This document shows, piece after piece, positions 1 to 8,870 of a stretch of DNA of 51,331 bases; position 1 is the stretch's first letter, and every line of letters starts with the position of its first letter. Both the position numbers and the translations under genes were made by a program. Source of the stretch: Phycisphaeraceae bacterium (lineage in GTDB: Bacteria > Planctomycetota > Phycisphaerae > Phycisphaerales > Zrk34); NCBI GenBank assembly GCA_040905565.1, contig JBBDRF010000020.1, positions 1-51,331 on the forward strand, written 5' to 3'. The notes under the pieces were generated by a model. It had not been told where the DNA came from and did no database searches. It saw only the letters and a list, made by a program, of their open reading frames with translations.

Positions 1-902
1 TCCCAGCCGATGCCCATCGACCAGCCGGGCACCGGTCCGAGCCGCGCGACCAGATAACGATTGAGACGCCGGCCCTGCTCGCCGTTGTAGCCGCCGGGCA
101 GGTTGGCGAAATCTCCGTCGTTCTTGCCCCACATCCAGATATGAAGCCAGCCGCCGCGCTCGCTCCAGGCGGAAGCCGCAGCCTCCAGTGCCTCGAACGT
201 GCGGACATCCGGCGTCGGCGGCGCATCACCAAGGCCTCCACTCGAACCGACTTCGAACCAACTTCGCCCGATGGTGGAGATATGGCCGCCGTTGAAGCCG
301 TGCGTTTCGTGAAACTCCGCCACGAAGGCGCGCATGCTGTCGTGGTCATCGTGGAACTGGTCGACATCGGGCATCATGATGAGGATGGGGGTGCGCCTGG
401 CCAGTTCGCCCTCGGGGCCGGCCTGTCGCGCCCATGCCTTCGGCTCGTCGGGGATCTGCCCGCTCCAGCCGGTCCGCGCCGGGTTGCTTGACGGCCCCAC
501 CTCCACCGCCAGATCAAGACCGTCAAGGGCTTCGACAGGGGAGCTGGTGGTCCCGCTCCAGCGGCCCGGCAGCGAGGCGCCAAAACGAAAGACGTAGGCA
601 TCGCCTTCGCCTGAATACCACACCAGACTCGTCCGCTGGGTGGCCCCGTCCTCATGCGTCCAGACGCAGGAGCCCTCGACGTCCCACTTCTCGATACCCG
701 AGGCTGCATCCGGTGCGTCGACCATGAAGTCCACCCAGTGGTACAACTCAACTTCCTCGGCCCTCTCGTCTGCCGAGGCCGAAACAGTGTTGCACGCTAA
801 TGCGACGATGGCCAACGCAACCAGATTTGCCGTGCCAGTTGCCATGGCCGCAAGGCAGGCGAGGATATCTCGCTGAAGCAGCCGCGCGGGCTTTGAAAAC
901 AT
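1..902 (-). CDS. Secreted glycoside-hydrolase-like protein (DUF5060/DUF4038-like), 3'-truncated by the window edge; absent from the ORF track
   Basis: Manual translation gives an open frame from ATG 902 (or 845) to base 1. Hydrophobic signal-like segment NLVALAIVALACNTVSASA, then VELYHWVDF...YVFRFGASLPGRWSGTTSS and ...GWLHIWMWG...NRYLVARLGPVPGWSMGIGW, which resemble DUF5060/DUF4038 proteins. Confidence 0.65.
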   Translation of the reverse strand, partial: MFSKPARLLQRDILACLAAMATGTANLVALAIVALACNTVSASADERAEEVELYHWVDFMVDAPDAASGIEKWDVEGSCVWTHEDGATQRTSLVWYSGEGDAYVFRFGASLPGRWSGTTSSPVEALDGLDLAVEVGPSSNPARTGWSGQIPDEPKAWARQAGPEGELARRTPILIMMPDVDQFHDDHDSMRAFVAEFHETHGFNGGHISTIGRSWFEVGSSGGLGDAPPTPDVRTFEALEAAASAWSERGGWLHIWMWGKNDGDFANLPGGYNGEQGRRLNRYLVARLGPVPGWSMGIGW

Positions 903-1773
903 CGGCCACTTGCTGCCACAGCATGACGTCATCATCTTGGGCTTCCTTACCATCGCGGGCAAAAGAGAATTGCACGCAGCAACTGCTTGTCAACGATCAG
1001 GCTAAGCCTACTGGAACCAACGCCGAAGTACCATCCTTCGGTCCTCGCCAGCACGCGTCGGGAACAAGGTGCGTCCATCCGAGAAGGAGAGCAGCGAAGT
1101 GGCCGCGACGGTGGATGCCGTCGAAAAAGGCGATCTGGCCAAAAGCGTGAAGGCGCCACCGGCGGCAAGAAGCAGAAGCTCAAAAGAAGGTATAGTCCGT
1201 TCCCGCCGGCGTCGCCGAGGGCTTGTCGCAGGAAGGGCACGCTCACGAATGACCAGGCATCGCCTTCATCAGCGGAGCGAGGTCGTCCAGGAAGCAGGCA
1301 GCGAACGCTTGCTCACGCACGCCTGCGTCAGGCAACAGAAGCAGCAGCATAGAGACCGCATCCTCTTTGTGGTCCAGCACCTCATTGACGCACTCGGCCA
1401 GCAGCATCAGGGCCAGCACCTCGTACAGCGAGGGCCGTGGGGCATCGCCTTCCCACGTCGCGTGCAGCAGATCCTCGGCAGCATCCACGGATGGCTAGTG
1501 ATCGCTGCAGGCTCCGCGCCGTAATCCGACGGCCCGCGATTGACCGCGATCGATGAGCAGCGGACGCGCGAAAGCAGCAAAGCTATCTGAAAAACCAGCG
1601 ATCGACTATTGCTGTTTGTCTCCTCATGTGTTAGGTACGAGATGGGCGGTCCTGATGCGAGGTCTTTGAACCACGCCGCGTTCCCTCGTGCCGGCCCTGT
1701 GTACATCTGGGAGTCCGCCCTGACCGTCAGGGGTAACAACCTACCGGAGCGGTTGCGCACGCAACGTCCAATC

Positions 1774-4700
1774 ATGGTCAATTTCCTTCAGCGTCTGCTT
1801 CTGCAGCGGACGGCAAGGCGTCGACGGCTGTCCAATTGTCAAACCCTCGCCGGGACGGCCGTTCTGATGATCGCATGGGGCGCGGCACCGGCGGTGCATG
1901 CCCAATCCATCGAGTTCGAGGTGGACGACATCGATCTGGGCTCGATCGACCGCATCGGCGACCTGAACTGGAGCCACACGCTCGGCACGACGTGGGACGA
2001 GAACTTTTCCCTCGGCGGCTTCGTCGGCAAGCGCGACGCGCAGATCACCCCCGAGGTGACGGCCGCCGGCAAAGTCATTATCCCACGCACCACCGGCGAT
2101 ACCCGCACCGGCGCCAAGTTCAGCGGCAACGTCTCCGGCGGAACGGGGCTGAACTTTTATGCCGACTTCCAGGCCAGCGGCCTGATGCCCGGCAGCGCGT
2201 TCGACTTCCGCCCAGCTGTCGAGCTTCCGAACAACGTGACCAGTGGCGAGTTCTTCCGACTCAGCACAAACACCGGCATGCAGTCGAACCCGGGCTACGA
2301 CCAGCACGCGGTGGACCTGCCATCGTTCGAGGCGGGGATGGACTTCTTCTTCGACCTGGAACTGCAGAGTCGCGTCGAGGGGGCGGTGTTCCCCGTCGTT
2401 GACTACCAGTCGACGGAGTTCAACCCCGCACCGATCAACGTGAACCAGAACCTGCTTAAGTTCGCCTTCGACCTTGACCCCAGTAGCAACCCCGACTCGG
2501 CGGCCGGCACCCCGCCGACCTTCACCATCTTCGAAGATACACCCTTCGAATCGAGCGTTGGATTCCTTGATGATTCGGAGAGCGTCGCGGACAAGCAGAT
2601 CAGCGTCGACGTCAAAGTCAAAGACCAGCCGGGCGTAACGCGGCGGCTGGATATTGGCGAGGTGCAGCTGGTTAACCCCTTCGGCGTGGGCGAGAGCGGG
2701 CTGGGCGGCGAGGAGCCGAACCTGACCGTCAGCACCTCGTCCACCGAGTCGGGCCTGGGTTATTCCTTTGAGACGCCGCTGCTGCGCATGGGTCTGGACC
2801 TGGACGGCATCGCGGCGTTCCTGGGCACCGGCGAGTCGTTCACGCGCCTCGAGGAGGACCTCGGCGGCCTTGCCGACATCACCGCCGACCTGATCGACAT
2901 CAAGTATGGCCCGGAGATCGGGTATCGCGAATCGGTCGATATCCAGACGGACTTCGAAGTCACGCTCGAGTTCGATCAGACTATCGCGATGCGCAACGGC
3001 GACGGCGTCGAGCTGGTCAACAGTTTCACGGGGCTCTGGAGCGATCTGCCCGAGCTCTCTTTGCTCGGCGAAGACCCCGTCGAAGTCACCGCCAGCTTCG
3101 ACGCATTGACCGCCGAGTTGAGTAAGCGTGGCGCGATGTTTCTGACGGACTACCTTGAGCTGACGCTCCTGGAACTCGAGAGCGTTGAAATCCTCGATAC
3201 GGTTGATCTGTCTCTCCCGCCGCTGCTGCGTGAGCGAGCGAGTTTGCTGGGCGCGCTGCTGGGCGAGTTCGAGTTGGAGGTTTTGAACCAGACGCTGGCG
3301 ATCGACCCGATCGTGCTTGAAGGCATCGGCAGCAGCTTCACGCTTGAGGCTGCCACGAGCCCGCGGGTGTATCGCGCCGCCGACGCGGCGACAGAGGACC
3401 CGACGGACCTCAGCGGTTGGCGGACGCTCACCGACCACAGCGAGCCGGACGCGCTGGCGGACAAGGTGCTGGTCATCGGCCAAAGCGAAGAGGCTGTCGA
3501 CCACGTTGGCGAGCTTGCGCCGACGACCTTCGCCGAGACGGGCTTTGAGTCAGGCGAGACGGTCACGTTGGCGGACCTTTTCGAGGAGCAGTCCGGCGAG
3601 GACAGGAGCCAGATTACGCCCACGACGCCCGTGGCGCCGAACACTGAGTACACCCGTTTCAAGCCGGCCGTCGAGGTCCGCGGGATTGAGGTCCTGGCCG
3701 GTTCCGAGCTTGCCAGCGGCCGGCGGTGGAAGCTTGGCTCGATCCGCAACGATGGGCTGATCCACAACGAGGACCGGGATCACCTGACGTTCCTCGCCGC
3801 GAATGACCTGCTCCAGATTACCGGCGAGGGGACGCTTGATTTCCGGGCGCCCGGTTCGGTGGTCGCGCCGACGCTGTTCCACGGGCAGGGGCACACGCTG
3901 CGTTTCACGGACGTGGCCTTCGCCCTGGAGGAGACGGCGAACCTGGTACGCGTCAACTACTACCTCGGTAGTACCGGTGTGATCTCGCTACCGCACTTTG
4001 TAGAGGCGCCTGAACTGGTGGCTCACGACCGTTTGCTCGATGTGTCGCAGACGCTCAACAACGCCGGGCGGATCGTCTTTGATAACTCGGACGCGACGAT
4101 CGCGCTGTCCGACGGGTTCACCAACCAGTCGACGGGCACGCTCGAGGTGATCAATGGCTCGAGGGTGGTGCTGGACAGCCTGCAGCTTGAGCAGGACGGC
4201 CTGTTCGCCGCCCGCGGTGCAGACGCGCAGCTCGTGTTCCAATCGACCGTCCTGGCGCCCGCGGGTGTGGACGGCGTCTTCGAGGCCGGCGACGGCGGGA
4301 CGGTCCAGTTCCGCGGCTCGTCGACCATCGGCGAGCTGACACGCCCCGACACGTCCGGTACCGCGCCGCCGCTCAAGCGGCAGACCTTCCGCGCAGCCGA
4401 GGGTGGCCGTATCGCGTTCGATGAGACATTCGAGCAGCGTTACGACGTGCAATCGCGGTTCGAGGTGGACCCAGGCGGCGAGCTTGTGCTCAACGGCATT
4501 GAGTTCGCGCCGTTGAGCAACATCAGCCAGTCCAGCTTCGACAGGTTCGCCGCCATCGCCTCGGACTTCATCGACATCACCAACCACGGCACGCTCACCG
4601 TTGCCTCCGGCGAAAACCTGCTCTTCATCACGCCGCCCGGTTCCCTGGCGCCGGGGTCGCCCGCGCCGGAGCCCCAGCCGGTCGTCACCCCGCTGAACCT

Positions 4701-6279
4701 GGTGAACACCGGCGAGGTGGTCATCGAAAGCGGCGCGTCGTTCGGCTTTGAGGTGGAGATCGAGAACTACGCCGAGGGCGGCGCGGTATTCGACCAGGGC
4801 AAGTGGACGCTGACCGGCGCCACGCCCACCTTAGATTTCAGCAATACGACCGACATCGACGACGCCCCCGCCGGCGCCGCCGTCCTCGACCTTCGCGTCG
4901 TGCAGGTTTCCAACGATGACAGCTACATCGGCACGGTGTTCTTCGGCGAAGGCAACGACATCCAGGATTTCGATACCCAACTGGCCGTTAACGCGTCGGA
5001 CATCACCCTCAGCGGGCAGGCGCTGTTTCCCTACCTGAACACCATGGAAGAGAACCGGGGATCGCTGACGCTGTTGAACCGTAACCGCTTCCATACTGCG
5101 GGCGACCTGCTCAACACCGGCGAGATCCGGCTGGAAGGCGGGTCGCATTTGATCGGGGCCGGCGATCTGACGGTCGACGAGGGCAGCATTGTCGTCGACG
5201 CCACGTCCGGCTTCGGTGCCGGCACCATCGAGGTGATCGGCGGCAGCATCATGGTCGATCACGAGCCCGAGCCCATCTTCAACCAGTCGTCCTGGATCGT
5301 CCGAGAGAAGTGGGTCGGCGAGGATGCCGAGGGTAATGACATCATCCTGCCTGCCACCGTCAGCTACGGCGACGCGTATTTCCCGTTCATCGATACACAG
5401 GTCGACATCACCGTCGACGGCGAGCAGGCGTTCTTCGAGCCGCTCGCCGGCGTCGAGCAGAACTTCGGCAGCCTGACCCTGAGCGGTGGCACAACGCTCC
5501 AACTCGACCGCCTGGGCAACGATGGCCGGGTCGAAATCAACTCTGCGGCGCAGTTGACGATCGACGGTGAGCTGATGAGCCGGGGCGAGCTGATCGTCGG
5601 GCCCGAGGGCTATCTCCAGACCGCAGCCCTGCGCCTGGAGGGCGGCTCCGCAGTGCTCAACGGCGTCGTCGACACGCCGGAGATCACGATCGCCGAAGGC
5701 GTTGCCGTCTCCGGATCCACACGTATCGCCGGGGCGTTGCGCAACGACGGCCTGCTGATGATCGGCAGCTCGCCGGGCCTCATTGAGGTGTTCGGCGACA
5801 CGCAGCAGACAAGCTCCGGCACGCTCGCCTTCGAACTCTTCGGCCAAGTGGCGGGCGAAAGCTACGACCAGCTCATCGTCCACGGCGACGGCACGTTCGA
5901 AGGCGATCTGTCGCTGATCTTCGGCGAGAGCTTTCAGCCGAGTAACGAGCGCGAATGGTTGCTGGTGGACATGCGCGAGGCGCTGGACACGGAACTGCCG
6001 GGCGTGGCCGAATGGCTCTTCGAAGAGATTCACGTCGCGGGCCTCGATGTGTTCACCGGCGATTTCGACGCAGCTTCGCAGATGCGTCACGCCGACGACC
6101 TGCTCCTCGGTGCTTACAACGACCACGCGTTGTTTCTGACCTTCGAGGGCGGGCAGGGAAGCGACCTGATGCTCTACAGCGTCATCCCCGAACCCGGCTC
6201 CGCCCTGCTGCTGGCGGCGGGCCTCCTCGTGCTCGCACGCCGCCGCCGAATGCGCCCCAGCCACGCGCCCGTCGCCTGA
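1774..6279 (+). CDS. Large secreted PEP-CTERM surface protein with autotransporter-like beta-rich repeats
   Basis: C-terminal VIPEPGSALLLAAGLLVLARRRR is a PEP-CTERM sorting signal. The signal peptide ends ...APAVHA-QS when started at ATG 1774. Acidic G/T/N-rich body with GSSPG and YDQLIV motifs. Confidence 0.9.
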   Translation: MVNFLQRLLLQRTARRRRLSNCQTLAGTAVLMIAWGAAPAVHAQSIEFEVDDIDLGSIDRIGDLNWSHTLGTTWDENFSLGGFVGKRDAQITPEVTAAGKVIIPRTTGDTRTGAKFSGNVSGGTGLNFYADFQASGLMPGSAFDFRPAVELPNNVTSGEFFRLSTNTGMQSNPGYDQHAVDLPSFEAGMDFFFDLELQSRVEGAVFPVVDYQSTEFNPAPINVNQNLLKFAFDLDPSSNPDSAAGTPPTFTIFEDTPFESSVGFLDDSESVADKQISVDVKVKDQPGVTRRLDIGEVQLVNPFGVGESGLGGEEPNLTVSTSSTESGLGYSFETPLLRMGLDLDGIAAFLGTGESFTRLEEDLGGLADITADLIDIKYGPEIGYRESVDIQTDFEVTLEFDQTIAMRNGDGVELVNSFTGLWSDLPELSLLGEDPVEVTASFDALTAELSKRGAMFLTDYLELTLLELESVEILDTVDLSLPPLLRERASLLGALLGEFELEVLNQTLAIDPIVLEGIGSSFTLEAATSPRVYRAADAATEDPTDLSGWRTLTDHSEPDALADKVLVIGQSEEAVDHVGELAPTTFAETGFESGETVTLADLFEEQSGEDRSQITPTTPVAPNTEYTRFKPAVEVRGIEVLAGSELASGRRWKLGSIRNDGLIHNEDRDHLTFLAANDLLQITGEGTLDFRAPGSVVAPTLFHGQGHTLRFTDVAFALEETANLVRVNYYLGSTGVISLPHFVEAPELVAHDRLLDVSQTLNNAGRIVFDNSDATIALSDGFTNQSTGTLEVINGSRVVLDSLQLEQDGLFAARGADAQLVFQSTVLAPAGVDGVFEAGDGGTVQFRGSSTIGELTRPDTSGTAPPLKRQTFRAAEGGRIAFDETFEQRYDVQSRFEVDPGGELVLNGIEFAPLSNISQSSFDRFAAIASDFIDITNHGTLTVASGENLLFITPPGSLAPGSPAPEPQPVVTPLNLVNTGEVVIESGASFGFEVEIENYAEGGAVFDQGKWTLTGATPTLDFSNTTDIDDAPAGAAVLDLRVVQVSNDDSYIGTVFFGEGNDIQDFDTQLAVNASDITLSGQALFPYLNTMEENRGSLTLLNRNRFHTAGDLLNTGEIRLEGGSHLIGAGDLTVDEGSIVVDATSGFGAGTIEVIGGSIMVDHEPEPIFNQSSWIVREKWVGEDAEGNDIILPATVSYGDAYFPFIDTQVDITVDGEQAFFEPLAGVEQNFGSLTLSGGTTLQLDRLGNDGRVEINSAAQLTIDGELMSRGELIVGPEGYLQTAALRLEGGSAVLNGVVDTPEITIAEGVAVSGSTRIAGALRNDGLLMIGSSPGLIEVFGDTQQTSSGTLAFELFGQVAGESYDQLIVHGDGTFEGDLSLIFGESFQPSNEREWLLVDMREALDTELPGVAEWLFEEIHVAGLDVFTGDFDAASQMRHADDLLLGAYNDHALFLTFEGGQGSDLMLYSVIPEPGSALLLAAGLLVLARRRRMRPSHAPVA

Positions 6280-6826
6280 AGCTGATCGCAACGGCACGGC
6301 AGCGCCCACTGGTCATCGGCGTGCAAAGCAAAAGGGACACGCCTCGGCGTGGTGGACCGGCGTAGATCGCTATGAGCACCGCGCCGTCCTCCGCATCCAA
6401 TGCGGCAAGCCGTTGATGCAGCCGCCATCGTCTGGCATGACGTCGTTTCCCATCTTCCGTGGCATGATCATCCACAGTTCCCTCGATGGCCGAATTCGCT
6501 TCGTCTACAGAGAGGACGCGGGAACGGCGATTTCCGGAACGTCGAATTCTACGATTTTTTACATTTTTTTGTCGCCGCCTCACTCTACACCCAGCACCAC
6601 TGCGATCACCTGGTTCAGCTTGCTTGGCTCGGTGACGAGCTCCCGACTGTGGTCGCAAAGCGGCGCCTGGTCGTGCGGCCACCCCCGCGGTAACTCGGCG
6701 TGGCGGAGCTGGTGCGGATGCCCCGGGTGGACTTGAGCCACGGTTGAAAAGGTCGTCGTGGCGATCCACGAGCGGTTGTGTACCCAGCTGGCACGTCCTG
6801 GTCGGGCAGCGTCGTTGTGCAATATT

Positions 6827-6843
6827 CACGATGTTAACATCAG
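6827..6843. promoter_or_regulatory. Palindromic site GATGTTAACATC (copy 1), with a partial copy TGTTAACATC at 6913-6922
   Basis: CACGATGTTAACATC read directly; the same 12-mer recurs at 10873 and 11802. Function inferred. Confidence 0.55.
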
Positions 6844-6971
6844 ACGTGTTTGAGAGCGGCGTTCACGAGCATCTGTACCGGCTCGTGCCATCAAGCCCAC
6901 AATCACGACATTTGTTAACATCAATCCAAGTCGGCGGTGTGCCCAACAGCCTTTCAGCGGGAGACAGATGC

Positions 6972-7664
6972 ATGGCGAAAAAGATCGACGACAAAGCTAC
7001 TGGAAGGAAGCCGCATGCCAGGCGGAGGGCCGGTCGGGGCGTTCGTGTCACGGATTCTGAGAAGGCGGCCGACTCGATTGAGCAGTTCTACGAGGTCGGA
7101 CGACAGAGTCTCGAGGATCATCCCGGTCGGTTTCACAGCGGTGAGGCAGCGAAAGCTGCCAAGAAAACTGGCCTCACTGCTACGATGCTCGGGCGAGCCC
7201 GGAAGTTCGCTGATCCGGATCGTGGCTACACGCCGGAGCAACTCGAGCATTTGGTCAAGACCTGCCGCAAGGGTCCGCACCCGGTCACCCGAGAGCACGT
7301 GGTCCGGCTGCTGTCGCTGTCGAAGGGCGACCGCCGCCGGATTGCGAAGCGGATTGCGGACGAGGGGTGGACGACGATTCGACTCAACGAGGAAATCAAA
7401 CGGCTCCCGAGAAAAGATGGCGCACCGCGTAGAGGCGGCCGCACGCCGAAGCCGTTGCGGGATCGCGGCGAGCTGCTCGTGCAGCTACGGCTGCGGCTGG
7501 AGAAGTGGCAGGCTTGGCACGCGTGGGTGAAGTCTCCGCCGGCGGAGGAGGAGCAGGTGACGATCGCCGCGTTGCCGAAGCCCCTGCGCGACCAGCTGGA
7601 GGTAGTGGATAAAGCGACGACGAAGGCCCTGAAGATCGTGGAGAAGGAAGTGAAGCGCTTGTGA
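6972..7664 (+). CDS. Basic, putative HTH DNA-binding protein (DUF1016-N/ParB-HTH-like)
   Basis: ATG 6972 follows GGGAG. Pattern AAKKTGLTATMLGRARKFA...YTPEQL...HVVRLLSL...EGWTTIRLNEEI resembles DUF1016 N-terminal-like helical proteins of mobile elements. Confidence 0.6.
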   Translation: MAKKIDDKATGRKPHARRRAGRGVRVTDSEKAADSIEQFYEVGRQSLEDHPGRFHSGEAAKAAKKTGLTATMLGRARKFADPDRGYTPEQLEHLVKTCRKGPHPVTREHVVRLLSLSKGDRRRIAKRIADEGWTTIRLNEEIKRLPRKDGAPRRGGRTPKPLRDRGELLVQLRLRLEKWQAWHAWVKSPPAEEEQVTIAALPKPLRDQLEVVDKATTKALKIVEKEVKRL

Positions 7665-7913
7665 TACTTGGTTCACTGGAGCGCCGGGAACAGTTCACAA
7701 CGGGTTCGGCTCCGTGGGCGGTCCTCTCAACTTGCCTGGAATCGATCCCGATGGCCGACTTGGTGTCGTTTTGGATTTCAAACGCCACCCACTCCATGCG
7801 ACCGTCGCGTCTGTGATGCCGACGTGAGGGGATCGTGATGATCGGTGAAGCGTGTGACTTGGCCGGTGGACTCATAGCCGAACCGCAACGGCGTCTGGTT
7901 GCCCAGCAGCTTG

Positions 7914-8454
7914 ATGGGGCTGGTACGGCTGGCGCCGGGGCTGACGCTTAACCTCAGCAAGCGGGGCGGATCGCTGTCGCTCGGGCCGCGGGGGGCGAAG
8001 GTGACGGCGGGGACGAGCGGGATGCGGCGGACGGTCAGCCTGCCCGGGACGAGGCTGTGGTACACCGAGAAGTTGGGCGGTAAGAAGCAATCTCGCAACG
8101 GCGGGCGAAGTTCAAGCGCGTCATCGCCATCAGGGAATGGTCGGTCGCCGCCGGCGCCGACGGTGCGAACGGAAAGTCGGCTGTCGCTCGGTTTCTTCAA
8201 GCGGCTGGTGACGCCAAAGGGCGAGGAGCAAGGCCCTGCGGCTGCTCGGCCTGAATACCGCCGCTCGCGACACGCTTACGACGGCGTTTCGTCGCAAGAA
8301 GGATCGCTCCGACGAACTGCTCAGGGCGATCCAGTACGAGCGGGCATTGGTGTACGACGCACTTGGCCAGGCGAAGCGGTCGCGGCAAGAACTGGAGAAG
8401 CTATATGCCGAGGCACCTGGATACGAGGATGTGGCCCGGCGGCTGGGGCTGTAG
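7914..8454 (+). pseudogene. DUF4236 + TPR protein, 5'-truncated and internally deleted
   Basis: VRLAPGLTLNLSKRGGSLSLGPRGAK...LSLGFFKRLVTPKGEE (DUF4236) switches frame at about 8228 to KALRLLGLNTAARDTLTTAFRRKKDRSDELLRAIQYERALVY...YEDVARRLGL*, a TPR-like C-terminus with TAG at 8452-8454. Confidence 0.8.
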
Positions 8455-8501
8455 GGCGCAGTGGTGATCTGGTCGAGGAAAGCCAAAGTGAAGGACCGAA
8501 C

Positions 8502-8807
8502 ATGCTGAATGTGTCCGTTGAGACGCTTGATGTCCTACAGCATCATTTCCACGCCGTCATCCGCGGCCGCGCCGGTGAGTTGGTCGACCAACTGGATTTG
8601 CCCGAGCTTGCTTCGTTGCCGACCGCCAAGCAACGGGCATGGTTCCCCATCCCCGGCATGTACGGCGGCTTCAGCTACTGGCTCGAACGTGACGAGGAGG
8701 AAGTGAAACTGATGGTGGAGAGCTGGTCCCGCATTTCTGAAGGATCAGGATAACGACACGTGATCACAGCCCATGGAAGCCGGCTCGTCGATGAGGGGTT
8801 TGTGTGA
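8502..8807 (+). pseudogene. C-terminal domain of a family usually fused to ankyrin repeats, with a premature stop
   Basis: HFHAVIRGRA...WFPIPGMYGGFSYWL...ESWSRISEGSG* continues in frame past TAA 8751-8753 as RHVITAHGSRLVDEGFV*, matching the family ending as I recall it (GSGQRH...DEGFV). Confidence 0.6.
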
Positions 8808-8870
8808 GCGAAGCTGCCCATCCGGTACGATGGGTGGGTGACTCATTCTGCTACCCCTTGGAGGATGCTC

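Noticed and set aside
947..1524. Short ORFs 947-1246(-), 1243-1488(-) and 1069-1524(+)
   Set aside because: No recognisable motifs or RBS; 1243-1488 may be a gene remnant but cannot be supported.
1560..1770. GAAA/GCAAAGC words and small hairpins upstream of the PEP-CTERM gene, suggesting a c-di-GMP-I riboswitch
   Set aside because: The GGCAAAC element and P1/P2 pairing could not be built.
1741..6309. Long minus-strand ORFs (587 aa, 492 aa) and similar long ORFs opposite other genes
   Set aside because: Antisense shadows of high-GC coding genes; no motifs.
6290..6820. Possible ECF-sigma region 4 remnant (LHQRLAALDAEDGAVLIAIY) on the minus strand
   Set aside because: Match too short, no downstream HTH, and alternative frames contain several stops.
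7817..7835. TGCCGACGTGAGGGGATCG as the distal att copy of the tRNA 3' end
   Set aside because: Only 8 bp identical, which is expected by chance.
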